Part shown: positions 9,583 to 18,895 of the stretch, one piece after another | Layout of the letters: each line of letters opens with the position of its first letter | Position numbering within the stretch: the stretch's first letter is position 1 | Assembly (NCBI GenBank): GCA_900543825.1 | Contig: UQSR01000001.1 | Span: 7,810-71,809 of the forward strand | Source: an uncultured Mycoplasmatota bacterium | GTDB taxonomy: Bacteria > Bacillota_I > Bacilli_A > RF39 > UBA660 | Length of the DNA stretch: 64,000 bases | Direction of reading: 5' to 3' | Made by a program: the position numbers and the translations under genes | Notes under the pieces: generated by a model | What the model saw: the letters and a program-made list of their open reading frames with translations, nothing else | Told to the model about the DNA's origin: nothing | Database searches by the model: none

Positions 9583-9648
9583 TAATACTTGTGAGCGAAA
9601 GCTCCTTGCCTTATTGATAAGGCCGTTAGTCCAAAAGGAGGTGTAAAG

Positions 9649-9939
9649 ATGAAGAATTATGAAATCATGTTTATTGTTAGACCTGATGTAACTGAAGATG
9701 TTGTAAAGAGTACAGTTAAAACACTTGAAAAGGTATTGACTGATGGAAAAGCTAAAATTACTTTATCTAAGGAATTAGGTCAAAAAGAATTTGCTTATGA
9801 AATTAAGAAATTTAAGTCTGGTTATTATTTTCTATATAACATTGAAGCTAATGATGATGCTGCTATTAAAGAATTTGATAGAGTAGCAAGAATAGATGAA
9901 AATGTTGTTAGACATTTAATTATTAACTTAGATAAATAA
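9649..9939 (+). CDS. rpsF: 30S ribosomal protein S6
   Basis: MKNYEIMFIVRPD... is a typical S6 N-terminus. Confidence 0.9.
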   Translation: MKNYEIMFIVRPDVTEDVVKSTVKTLEKVLTDGKAKITLSKELGQKEFAYEIKKFKSGYYFLYNIEANDDAAIKEFDRVARIDENVVRHLIINLDK

Positions 9940-9950
9940 GGAGAGTAAGA

Positions 9951-10415
9951 ATGAATAAAGCAATTCTAATTGGAAGATTAACTAGAGATCCTGAGCTTAG
10001 AACTACTCCAACTGGGAGAAATGTATGTCAGTTTTCAATTGCAGTAAATAGAAATTTTACTAATGCTAATGGTGAAAGAGAAGCTGATTTTATTAATTGT
10101 GTAGTTTGGGATAAACAAGCAGAGAATTTGGCTAAATATCAGCATAAGGGTAATCAAATTGCTGTAGAGGGCAGAATTCAAACTAGAAATTATGATGATA
10201 AAGATGGTAAGAGAGTTTATGTAACTGAAATACTTGCTACTAATATTAGCTTTTTGGATGCTAAAGGTACAAGTAATGGTGCTGGTTCATTTAATAATAT
10301 TCCAGAACCACCAATGGAACAGCCTAGTACTACTTCAACTGTTTCTGTAGAAAAGGATCCATTTGAAGCTTTTGGTGATTCTATTGAAATCAGTGATAAT
10401 GATTTACCATTCTAA
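9951..10415 (+). CDS. ssb: Single-stranded DNA-binding protein
   Basis: MNKAILIGRLTRDPELR... OB fold and an acidic C-terminal DNDLPF tail. Confidence 0.9.
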   Translation: MNKAILIGRLTRDPELRTTPTGRNVCQFSIAVNRNFTNANGEREADFINCVVWDKQAENLAKYQHKGNQIAVEGRIQTRNYDDKDGKRVYVTEILATNISFLDAKGTSNGAGSFNNIPEPPMEQPSTTSTVSVEKDPFEAFGDSIEISDNDLPF

Positions 10416-10430
10416 AAAAGGAGGATAAAC

Positions 10431-10646
10431 ATGGCAGAGTTTCGTAAGAAGAGAAAAAAAGTATGTCATATGTGTGCTGGAAAACCTGTTAATTATAAAG
10501 ATGTAAATATTATATCTAAATATATTAATGATAATGGTAAGATTTTACCTAGAAGATTTACAGGTACTTGTGCTAAACATCAAAGACATGTTGCTCAAGA
10601 AGTTAAAAGAGCTAGATTTATGGGATTTATTCCATTTTGTAAATAA
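10431..10646 (+). CDS. rpsR: 30S ribosomal protein S18
   Basis: Conserved S18 sequence (…RKKRKKVCHMCAGK…YKDVNIISKYIND…) and position after ssb. Confidence 0.9.
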   Translation: MAEFRKKRKKVCHMCAGKPVNYKDVNIISKYINDNGKILPRRFTGTCAKHQRHVAQEVKRARFMGFIPFCK

Positions 10647-10649
10647 AAG

Positions 10650-10678
10650 TATAGTTATTTATAACTATATTTTTTTCT
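10650..10678 (+). terminator. Rho-independent terminator after rpsR
   Basis: TATAGTTA-ttt-TAACTATA perfect hairpin then TTTTTTTC. Confidence 0.6.
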
Positions 10679-10737
10679 TTTTTAATGACATAGTGATAAA
10701 ATTATAGTATAATAGTAATACGAAGGTGGGATGTTTT

Positions 10738-11178
10738 ATGAAGGTTATTTTCTTGAAAGATTTAAAAAAACAAGGTAAGAAAAATGAGATAAAAGAAGTT
10801 AGTGACGGATATGCTGTTAATTATTTAATTAAAAATGGATATGCTGTTAAATATACTAAATCTAGTAGTGATAGATTGGGTGATGAAATGGTTAAAAATA
10901 AGTTAACAGAGGAAGAAAACACTAGAAATGCTGAAAAAATTAGAACTAAAATTGAAAAAGAAACTTTAGTATTTAACGTTAAGACTGGTAAGGATGGTAA
11001 GGTTTTTGGTTCTATTTCTAGTAAACAAATATGGACTGAACTTGATAAACTTGGATATAAAATTGATAAAAAGAAAATAGTGATACCTGATGCTCTTACA
11101 TCTATTGGAACATTTTATGTATATGTTGAATTGTATAAAAATGTTACCGCTAAAATTAAAGTTGAACTTAAAAAGTAG
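10738..11178 (+). CDS. rplI: 50S ribosomal protein L9
   Basis: MKVIFLKDLKKQGKKNEIKEVSDGYAVNYL is a canonical L9 N-terminus. ATG 10738 follows GAAGGTGGG. Confidence 0.9.
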   Translation: MKVIFLKDLKKQGKKNEIKEVSDGYAVNYLIKNGYAVKYTKSSSDRLGDEMVKNKLTEEENTRNAEKIRTKIEKETLVFNVKTGKDGKVFGSISSKQIWTELDKLGYKIDKKKIVIPDALTSIGTFYVYVELYKNVTAKIKVELKK

Positions 11179-11186
11179 GTGAAGTT

Positions 11187-12521
11187 ATGAATAAAGAATT
11201 ACCTAAGAATATTGAGGCTGAGAAGTGTTTGATCGGATCGATGTTTTGGTCTAATGAATCGCTTCAAAAGGGATGTGAAGAGGTAGAAAAAGAAATATTT
11301 TATTTGGATAGTCACGCTAAAATATTTGAGGCTATTAAAAGTTTGTACTTGAATAATACTCCTGTTGATATTACTTCACTTACTACTTATTTAATTAGTA
11401 TTGATAAAATTAATGAGGTTGGTGGCGTTGAATATTTAAATGAAATTGTTAATTCGGTGGCTACTGGGGCTAATATTGAATATTATATTAATTTAGTTAG
11501 TGATAAATATACTCTTAGAAAAATGATAGAGGTAGCTACGGATATTGTAAATAAAGCTACTAATCAAGATAATTCTGCTGCTGATACAATTGATGATGCG
11601 GAGAAAGAGATACTTAATATATCTAAATTTAGAAGAACTAGTGAATTTAGGAAGGTACAGGATGTTCTTACTAAAGCACAAAATGATTTGGAAATGCTTG
11701 CCAAAAATGGTGGTAAAATAAATGGCCTTACAACTGGATTTGGAGAATTGGATGCATTGACTGAAGGACTTCATCCTACACAGCTTATTATTATAGCTGC
11801 TAGACCGGCTGTTGGTAAAACTGCTTTTGCTTTGAATTTGGCGCTTGCAGCAGCTAAAAGTACTAAGAAAAATATTGCTATATTTTCTCTTGAAATGCCG
11901 GCGGAACAGCTTATTATGAGAATGATTAGTTCTTTAGGACAAATTGATAACAAGAAATTATCCACTGGTAAGTTAGAAAATGACGATTGGAAAAGATTTA
12001 ATGAAGCAATTAGTATTTTAGCTGATACAAATATTTTCTTTCATGATGCTGGAGGCGTTACCCCTAGTGAGATTAAAGCTAAGTGTAGAAGACTTGCTAC
12101 GCAAGGTGAAGGACTTGGTCTTGTAATAATCGATTACTTGCAACTTATTGATTCTTCTAGTAGATACTCTGGTTCTAGACAACAGGAAGTATCGGAAATA
12201 TCGAGGGCACTTAAAACTATGGCTTTGGAACTTGAGGTTCCAGTTATTGCTCTTTCTCAATTGTCTAGAAGTGTAGAAAAAAGAGAGGATAAAAAACCAG
12301 TTCTTAGTGATTTGAGAGAATCTGGTTCTATAGAGCAGGATGCTGATATTGTTGCAGCATTGCATGCTCCTGATGTTGAAACTCCTGTTGGAGATGAAGT
12401 GCCTAATCCTATACAACTTATTATATTAAAACATAGGAATGGTCCTACAAAAACTATTGATTTGTTATTTAAAAAGAAGACTTCAACGTTTTTATCTATA
12501 AAAAGGGATGGTGGTAATTAA
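11187..12521 (+). CDS. dnaB: Replicative DNA helicase DnaB
   Basis: N-terminal ...NIEAEKCLIGSM..., Walker A GARPAVGKTAFAL, and ...LKHRNGPT. Size 444 aa. Confidence 0.9.
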   Translation: MNKELPKNIEAEKCLIGSMFWSNESLQKGCEEVEKEIFYLDSHAKIFEAIKSLYLNNTPVDITSLTTYLISIDKINEVGGVEYLNEIVNSVATGANIEYYINLVSDKYTLRKMIEVATDIVNKATNQDNSAADTIDDAEKEILNISKFRRTSEFRKVQDVLTKAQNDLEMLAKNGGKINGLTTGFGELDALTEGLHPTQLIIIAARPAVGKTAFALNLALAAAKSTKKNIAIFSLEMPAEQLIMRMISSLGQIDNKKLSTGKLENDDWKRFNEAISILADTNIFFHDAGGVTPSEIKAKCRRLATQGEGLGLVIIDYLQLIDSSSRYSGSRQQEVSEISRALKTMALELEVPVIALSQLSRSVEKREDKKPVLSDLRESGSIEQDADIVAALHAPDVETPVGDEVPNPIQLIILKHRNGPTKTIDLLFKKKTSTFLSIKRDGGN

Positions 12522-14041
12522 TGAGGAATAGTAATAATTTAAGTTTTGGCTTTATTATGTTTACTATTTTTCTTTGCTTTATTGTATTTTTGCTTGGGTT
12601 CCATAAAGATATTAATAGTAGTCCTAATGTGGTTTATTCTGTTTATTTAGATGGAAAAGCTATTGGTACTATTGCTTCTAAAGATAGTTTTGAGGAATAT
12701 ATTAATTCTAAAGAGGAAGAACTTAAAAATAAGTATGATGTTGATACTGTTTATACTCCTAATGGAGTTGAAATTAAAAAGAATATTACTTATAATTCTT
12801 CTGTTAATACTAATCAAGATGTTTATAATAAAATTATTAGTAATAAAAAATTTACTGTTAAGGGATATGAAATTACTATAGTTAGTAATGATACAGAAGA
12901 AGATGAAGATAATAAGGTAAATACTATTTATGTTTTATCTAAGGATACTTTTGATAAGGCGGTTGTTGATACTATTAAGGCTTTTGTTGATGAAGAGGAC
13001 TATGAGAAGTTTGTTACTGGTACACAGGATGAAATTAAAGATTTGGGAAGTATGATTGAAAATATTGATTTGGGTGAAACTATTACATATAAAGAAACAT
13101 TAATTCCTACTGATGAAAAGATATTTGTTGATGAAGATGAGCTTAGTAAATATCTTTTATATGGTACCTTGGATGAACAAGAAACTTATACAGTTAATAG
13201 TGATGATACAATTGAGTCTATTGCTAATAGTCATAAACTTAATGTTAAGGAATTTTTGATTGCTAATCCTGAGTTTTCTAGTGAAAATAATTTACTTTAT
13301 GAAAATCAAGTTGTACATGTTGGACTTATTAAACCTATTATTTCTGTAGTTGTTGATGTACATAGCGTTGCTGAAGAAGAAAGGGAATATGATACGGAAA
13401 TTCAATATGATTCTAGTCAATATGTCGGCTATCAAGAAACTATTAAAGATGGAGAAAATGGATTGTATAAAGTTACTAGAAAATCACAATATGTTAATGG
13501 ACAATTGGTTTCTGGTACTATTACTAATTCTACAGAGATTAAGCCTGCTATTAATAAGGTTATTGTTAAAGGAGAAAAATATGCTCCTAATATAGCTGAT
13601 TTATCTTATTGGGGTTGGCCTACTGAAAAACCTTATACTATTACTTCATATTTTGAATATCGTTGGGGATCTTTCCATAAGGGTATTGATATATATGTTG
13701 GTTATGGATCGCCTGTATATGCTGCTAATAATGGTGTGGTTTATAAGACTGGTTCTGGATGTACACCAGGATATATTGGATGTAATGGTAGACAAGGTAA
13801 TTATGTAATAATTAATCATAATGCTGGTGGTTATTATACAGTTTATATGCATATGAAAGAGTTTTATGTATCTGAGGGGCAAACTGTTGCTCGAGGTCAG
13901 AGAATAGGAGCTATGGGAAATACTGGAGAGGTTTATCCTGTTCCTTCAGCATCTAATCCTTATGGTGGTACACATTTGCATTTTGAGGCTAGAATTGGTG
14001 GGGCATATGGTACTAGTATTAATCCTCTAGGTTTATTCTGA
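12521..14041 (+). CDS. Membrane-anchored LysM + M23 (LytM) family peptidase
   Basis: N-terminal TM helix, a LysM segment (YTVNSDDTIESIANSHKLNVKEFLIANP), and C-terminal M23 motifs (HKGIDI, GNTGEV, GTHLHFE). Confidence 0.8.
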   Translation: MRNSNNLSFGFIMFTIFLCFIVFLLGFHKDINSSPNVVYSVYLDGKAIGTIASKDSFEEYINSKEEELKNKYDVDTVYTPNGVEIKKNITYNSSVNTNQDVYNKIISNKKFTVKGYEITIVSNDTEEDEDNKVNTIYVLSKDTFDKAVVDTIKAFVDEEDYEKFVTGTQDEIKDLGSMIENIDLGETITYKETLIPTDEKIFVDEDELSKYLLYGTLDEQETYTVNSDDTIESIANSHKLNVKEFLIANPEFSSENNLLYENQVVHVGLIKPIISVVVDVHSVAEEEREYDTEIQYDSSQYVGYQETIKDGENGLYKVTRKSQYVNGQLVSGTITNSTEIKPAINKVIVKGEKYAPNIADLSYWGWPTEKPYTITSYFEYRWGSFHKGIDIYVGYGSPVYAANNGVVYKTGSGCTPGYIGCNGRQGNYVIINHNAGGYYTVYMHMKEFYVSEGQTVARGQRIGAMGNTGEVYPVPSASNPYGGTHLHFEARIGGAYGTSINPLGLF

Positions 14042-14796
14042 TGAGAGTTAGTGTTTTATCTTCTGGTAGTAAGGGTAATACTACATATATAGAAACTGAT
14101 AATTCGAAAATACTTATTGATATAGGAAACACCGCTAAATACGTGGAGGAAAAGTTAGAGGAATTTGGTGTTGATCCTAATGATTTGGATGCAATATTAA
14201 TTACACATACACATGTTGATCATATAAAGGGACTTAAAGTGTTTGAGAAAAAGCATAATATCTTAGTTTATATTACGGATATTATGCTTAAGAGTCTTGA
14301 TTATTTGAATAATTATAAGTTTTTAGAAGATAGTTTTGATATTAAGGATATTCATGTTGAGGCTTTTAAAACTTCTCATGATACGGATGATTCTAGGGGT
14401 TATGTTATCTCTAGTGGTGATAGTTCTATTGTATATGTAACTGATACTGGTTATATTAATCATAAATATTTTGATTTACTTAGTAATAGAAATTTATATA
14501 TAATGGAATCTAACTATGATGTTGAAATGTTAAATAATGGTAAATATCCTTTTAAACTTAGACAAAGAATACTTTCTGATAAGGGTCATTTATCTAATTA
14601 TGATTCTGCTAAATATTTAAGTGAATTTATTGGGGATAATACTAAATATATATTATTGGCTCATTTGTCTGAAGAAAACAATACTGAGGATATTGCTTAT
14701 GATACTTTGATTGAAAAATTGAAAAATGATAATATATATATTCCTGATATTATTATTACTAAACAAGATAAAGAAACGGAGCTTATTAAGTTATGA
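14041..14796 (+). CDS. MBL-fold metallo-hydrolase (YycJ/WalJ-like)
   Basis: HTHVDHIKG metallo-beta-lactamase motif, followed by rlmH as in the walRK-yycJ region of Firmicutes. Confidence 0.75.
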   Translation: MRVSVLSSGSKGNTTYIETDNSKILIDIGNTAKYVEEKLEEFGVDPNDLDAILITHTHVDHIKGLKVFEKKHNILVYITDIMLKSLDYLNNYKFLEDSFDIKDIHVEAFKTSHDTDDSRGYVISSGDSSIVYVTDTGYINHKYFDLLSNRNLYIMESNYDVEMLNNGKYPFKLRQRILSDKGHLSNYDSAKYLSEFIGDNTKYILLAHLSEENNTEDIAYDTLIEKLKNDNIYIPDIIITKQDKETELIKL

Positions 14797-15227
14797 TAAA
14801 AATTGTTTGTGTTGGAAAAGTTAAAGAAAAATATTTAAGAGAAGCAATAGATGATTATGAGAAAAGAATAGGTAAGTATCATAAAATTGACATTATTGAG
14901 GTTGATGATTCTAATATTAATGAAGAAAGGAATAGGATATTAAAAAATATAGGTAATAGGGATTATGTTATTACTTTAGAAATTGATGGTCATGAAATTG
15001 ATTCTGTAGAGTTTGCTAATAAGATTGATAAGTTATTTATTACTAATTCTACTATTACTTTTGTAATTGGTGGTTCTTATGGTTTACATAATGATGTAAA
15101 GAATAGATCTGATTATAATTTGTCTTTTTCTAAATTTACTTTTCCTCATCAACTTTTTAGAGTTATTTTATTAGAACAAATATATAGATGTTTTAAAATA
15201 CTTAATAATGAAACTTATCATAAATAG
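14793..15227 (+). CDS. rlmH: 23S rRNA (pseudouridine1915-N3)-methyltransferase RlmH
   Basis: MIKIVCVGKVKEKYLREAIDDYEKRI... SPOUT fold, 144 aa. Confidence 0.85.
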   Translation: MIKIVCVGKVKEKYLREAIDDYEKRIGKYHKIDIIEVDDSNINEERNRILKNIGNRDYVITLEIDGHEIDSVEFANKIDKLFITNSTITFVIGGSYGLHNDVKNRSDYNLSFSKFTFPHQLFRVILLEQIYRCFKILNNETYHK

Positions 15228-15297
15228 AATCTTTTGATTCTTTTTCTTATTGATTACATATCTTAATTATGATAAAATTGTTTTGGGAGGATATATT

Positions 15298-15687
15298 ATG
15301 TATTGTAGAAATTGTGGTAAAGAAATAGATGAGAATGCTTTTATTTGTGTTCATTGTGGTTCTTTAGTTAATGGTGGGAGAGTTAAAACTTTTAGGAGAC
15401 ATAGTAATGCTATTGGAATAGCAAGCATTATTGCGGGTATTTTAGCTTTAGCTTTATCTTTGTCTTGCTTTTTTAAAGATATTAGTAGTGTTGGTATGTA
15501 TACAAACTTCTATGAGAGATTTAATTATGCCATTGGTTTTATTTTAATTCCTTTTATTTTTATGATTGTTAGTCTGGTTCTTTCTTTAAAAAAGAAAAAT
15601 AATACTTGTAATAAAATTGGTCTTGGACTTGCTCTTGCTTCGGCATTTTTGATAATTACGGAGATTATGGTTATTATTATTTATTAG
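15298..15687 (+). CDS. Zinc-ribbon membrane protein (CxxC...CxxC followed by 3-4 TM helices)
   Basis: YCRNCGKEIDENAFICVHCGS then hydrophobic stretches. ATG 15298 after GGGAGG. Confidence 0.55.
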   Translation: MYCRNCGKEIDENAFICVHCGSLVNGGRVKTFRRHSNAIGIASIIAGILALALSLSCFFKDISSVGMYTNFYERFNYAIGFILIPFIFMIVSLVLSLKKKNNTCNKIGLGLALASAFLIITEIMVIIIY

Positions 15688-15688
15688 T

Positions 15689-16480
15689 ATGTATAAGTTT
15701 GATTATAAAAAGAATTTAGGACAAAATTTTTTACAAGATAAAAATATTATTGATAAGATTGTTAATGCTCCTGATTATGGAGATAATAACTTGGTTATTG
15801 AAATTGGACCAGGAGCCGGGGCTTTAACTAAGGAGTTATTAAAAAAAGTTGATAGGGCAATTTTGTATGAAGTTGATACTAGACTTGAAAAAATATTAAA
15901 TAAAGAACTTAGTACTTTTGTTAATTATGAACTTATATTTGATGATTTTTTGAATAGAGATGTTAATAAAGATATATCAAAATATGATTTTGATAATTTA
16001 TATATAGTGGCTAATTTGCCTTATTATATTACTACTCCTATTATTACTAAAATTATTAATGATAAAATACCTACTAATGAAATTGTTATTATGATACAAA
16101 AAGAAGTTGCTGATAGATTTTCTGCTAAACCAGGAAGTAAAGAATATGGACAGATTACTGTATTTTTAAATTATTTTTTTGATATTGATAATGTTTGTAA
16201 TGTTAGTAAAAATTGTTTCTTTCCAAAGCCTAAGGTTGATTCTGCTGTTATTAAGATGAAGAGAAAAGAAAGTAATGATTATATTAAGAATTTTGATGTT
16301 TTTAATAGACTTGTTAAAGATAGTTTTAGGTTTAAAAGAAAAACTATTAAAAATAATTTAGTTGGTTATGATTTAGATATTATTAATAATATTCTTACTA
16401 AATATGGTTTTGATATTAATACTAGGAGTGAAAATATTCCATATAATGTTTTTGTAGAAATAGCAAATGAATTATGTTAA
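15689..16480 (+). CDS. rsmA: 16S rRNA (adenine1518/1519-N6)-dimethyltransferase RsmA/KsgA
   Basis: GQNFLQD, EIGPGAGALT, ANLPYYITTPII motifs. Confidence 0.9.
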   Translation: MYKFDYKKNLGQNFLQDKNIIDKIVNAPDYGDNNLVIEIGPGAGALTKELLKKVDRAILYEVDTRLEKILNKELSTFVNYELIFDDFLNRDVNKDISKYDFDNLYIVANLPYYITTPIITKIINDKIPTNEIVIMIQKEVADRFSAKPGSKEYGQITVFLNYFFDIDNVCNVSKNCFFPKPKVDSAVIKMKRKESNDYIKNFDVFNRLVKDSFRFKRKTIKNNLVGYDLDIINNILTKYGFDINTRSENIPYNVFVEIANELC

Positions 16481-16533
16481 TAATTCTTTGTTATTTTTTT
16501 TTATTTTATGCATATTATTTTATGGGTGATTAT

Positions 16534-17295
16534 ATGTTTGATGTTGGAGATTTAGTTACTAGAAAATCTTATAATAATGATATTGTATTTAAAATTATTG
16601 GAATAGATGGTGATAATTATTTACTTAAGGGGTTGTTTGTTAGGTTGTATGCTGATGGTTTGAAAGATGATTTAAAGATTTATAATGATATAACAGTTGA
16701 TGATTTTTCTCCTGAAATTGATGGATATAGAAATTTGGAAAGAAATGAATTTTTTTATCTACCTGCTAGAATATTGCATATTGATCAAGATGCTGACTTT
16801 TTGGATAAATGTATGAAGTTTTATAAGCAAAATAAGCTTAAAGCATTCGGTGTTTTATCTAATGATGATAATTTGTCTGATGATGTTATGGAAAATTTGA
16901 AAAAGTATAATCCTGATATTTTGGTTATTACGGGACATGATGCTTATTATAGAAAGCATAGAAATAATAGTAATTATAAAAATACTGATAAGTTTATAGA
17001 TGCTGTAAGGACTGCTAGAAAATATGAAAATTCTCATGAAAAATTAGCTATCATAGCGGGAGCTTGTCAATCTAATTATGAAGAACTTATAAGGGCTGGA
17101 GCTAATTTTGCATCAAGTCCTAAAAGGGTTAACATTCATGCACTCGATCCTGCTATTGTGGCTTCTAGTCTTGCTTTTTCTGATAAAAATAAGAATATTG
17201 ATTTGATTAAAATTTTGGATAAAACTAAATATGGTTCTAATGGAATGGGGGGAATTATAACTAAGGGTATGATGTATATTGGATATCCTAGGTAA
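16534..17295 (+). CDS. yabG: Sporulation-specific protease YabG
   Basis: MFDVGDLVTRKSYNNDIVFKIIGID... and ...ILVITGHDAY... match YabG. Lies downstream of ksgA as in Bacillus. Confidence 0.8.
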   Translation: MFDVGDLVTRKSYNNDIVFKIIGIDGDNYLLKGLFVRLYADGLKDDLKIYNDITVDDFSPEIDGYRNLERNEFFYLPARILHIDQDADFLDKCMKFYKQNKLKAFGVLSNDDNLSDDVMENLKKYNPDILVITGHDAYYRKHRNNSNYKNTDKFIDAVRTARKYENSHEKLAIIAGACQSNYEELIRAGANFASSPKRVNIHALDPAIVASSLAFSDKNKNIDLIKILDKTKYGSNGMGGIITKGMMYIGYPR

Positions 17296-17298
17296 ATT

Positions 17299-17514
17299 AT
17301 GACAATAGAAAGAATAAAGGATAATATTGATAATAATCTGGGAGAGTTTGTTAAAGTTATATATAATGGTAGTCGTAATAAACGAGAAGAATATAGTGGT
17401 ATTATTACTGAAACATATAATTATATTTTTATTATTAAAACATGTAGCGAGGAAATAAAAAGTTTTAGTTATCGGGATATTCTTACTAATACTCTAGAGA
17501 TTTTCTTTGATTAA
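17299..17514 (+). CDS. veg: Veg protein (biofilm/sporulation-associated small protein)
   Basis: IKDNIDNNLGEFVKV...SGIITETYNYIFII...SFSYRDILT matches the Veg family. Synteny yabG-veg. Confidence 0.8.
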   Translation: MTIERIKDNIDNNLGEFVKVIYNGSRNKREEYSGIITETYNYIFIIKTCSEEIKSFSYRDILTNTLEIFFD

Positions 17515-17601
17515 GTGTAAAAAATGTGAAAAACTCTTGCTTTTATTGAATAAATAATATAAAATGTAATTAGAAAGTATTTTCTAGAAGGAGTTGATGA
17601 T

Positions 17602-17862
17602 ATGGAACTAAAACTTGATAAGTTAATAAGAATTGAGCCAAGAGAAGGTTCAAAGATGAGAGGTATTGCTAAAGTACTAATTGATGGATGCTTTCTAGTT
17701 GAAGATATTAGAATATTGGAAGGAGATAAGGGTCTGTTCATTGCAATGCCTAGTAAACCAACACCAGATGGTGGACATAGGGATACTGCACATCCTATTA
17801 ATGAAGAAACAAGAAAAATGTTCGAAGACCTTATTTTTGAAGAATATAATAAAGGTGAATAA
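17602..17862 (+). CDS. spoVG: Septation/sporulation regulator SpoVG
   Basis: ...GIAKVLIDGCFLVEDIRILEGDKGLFIAMPSKPTPDGGHRDTAHPIN... is a near-canonical SpoVG. RBS GAAGGAG. Confidence 0.9.
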   Translation: MELKLDKLIRIEPREGSKMRGIAKVLIDGCFLVEDIRILEGDKGLFIAMPSKPTPDGGHRDTAHPINEETRKMFEDLIFEEYNKGE

Positions 17863-17942
17863 TGAATATTAACTATTAGATTTCTAATAGTTTTTTTCAT
17901 ATTTACTTTTTTTTAACATATTATTATTTAGGAGGAATAGTA

Positions 17943-18236
17943 ATGGATAAGGTTCAAGATATGAATAATAGTTTTAATCATGGTCTTACTATAACAGAAC
18001 GTAAGAATTTGATTATTAGTGGTGTTAAAAAAATTGAAAGTTTTGATAATGAAGAGTTTTTAATGGAGACAACTCTTGGCTTTTTGGTTATAAAGGGTAG
18101 TGAGTTGGAAATTATAAAGCTTGATACTTATCAAGGAAATGTTTCTATAAAGGGAAGAGTAGATAGTCTTATGTATTTGGATGAAAATTTAAAGAAAGAT
18201 AAGGATAGTTCATTACTTAATAAGCTTTTTAAATGA
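17943..18236 (+). CDS. yabP: Sporulation protein YabP
   Basis: HGLTITERKNLIISGVKKIESFD...IKG motif of YabP. RBS AGGAGG. Confidence 0.8.
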   Translation: MDKVQDMNNSFNHGLTITERKNLIISGVKKIESFDNEEFLMETTLGFLVIKGSELEIIKLDTYQGNVSIKGRVDSLMYLDENLKKDKDSSLLNKLFK

Positions 18237-18514
18237 TACTTTCTACGCAAATTTTATCGCTTATTTATTCTTTTTTTTATGGTATATTCTTTTTTTCTAT
18301 GTTGGAAGTTAATTATAAAATTTTATATAATGGAAAATTTATTTATCGTATTATGATTTCCTTTTTATTTGTTATATTTATATCTTTATTATATTTTATT
18401 ATTCTTATGAAAATTAATAATGGTATATTGCATGTGTATTTTTTTCTGGTTTTCTTTACAGGTTATATGTTATCTTTTGTCATATATAGTAAAATTAATT
18501 GTAAAAGGAGATAA
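18233..18514 (+). CDS. yabQ: Spore cortex biosynthesis protein YabQ (small membrane protein)
   Basis: Overlaps yabP by ATGA. Hydrophobic 93 aa in the conserved yabP-yabQ-divIC order. Confidence 0.7.
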   Translation: MILSTQILSLIYSFFYGIFFFSMLEVNYKILYNGKFIYRIMISFLFVIFISLLYFIILMKINNGILHVYFFLVFFTGYMLSFVIYSKINCKRR

Positions 18515-18550
18515 GTTGTGCTATAATTGTGTCGTAAGGTAGGTGAGACT

Positions 18551-18865
18551 GTGGCTAAGGGTAAGATTAGTAAAAAAAACAATAAAAAAGCTAAGAAGAG
18601 AATATTTTTAAGTTTTATCTTTTTTGGGGCAATAATTGGTTCTCTTAGTTATAGTTTTTTTACTAATGTTGGTAAAATTATTGAAATTAAGAATGAAAAG
18701 CAAGCTTTAAATGTTAAACTTTCTGATTTGAAAGATGAGGAAGAAGCACTTAATTCGGATATTAAAAAACTTAATGATCCAGATTATGTTGCTAGATATG
18801 CTAGAGAGAAATATTTGTATTCTAAAAATGGTGAACTTATTATTAGAATACCAGATGATGAATAA
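18551..18865 (+). CDS. divIC: Septum formation initiator DivIC/FtsB
   Basis: Basic N-terminus, one TM helix, and a coiled coil (KNEKQALNVKLSDLKDEEEALNSDIKKLNDPDYVARYAREKY). Start taken at GTG 18551 after GGTAGGTGAG (alternative TTG 18527). Confidence 0.75.
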   Translation: MAKGKISKKNNKKAKKRIFLSFIFFGAIIGSLSYSFFTNVGKIIEIKNEKQALNVKLSDLKDEEEALNSDIKKLNDPDYVARYAREKYLYSKNGELIIRIPDDE

Positions 18866-18895
18866 ATATAAAAAAGAGATGGTTAGTCATCTCTT

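Noticed and set aside
17511-17900. 129-aa ORF on the minus strand
   Set aside because: It is fully antisense to the strongly conserved spoVG gene, so it is a shadow ORF.
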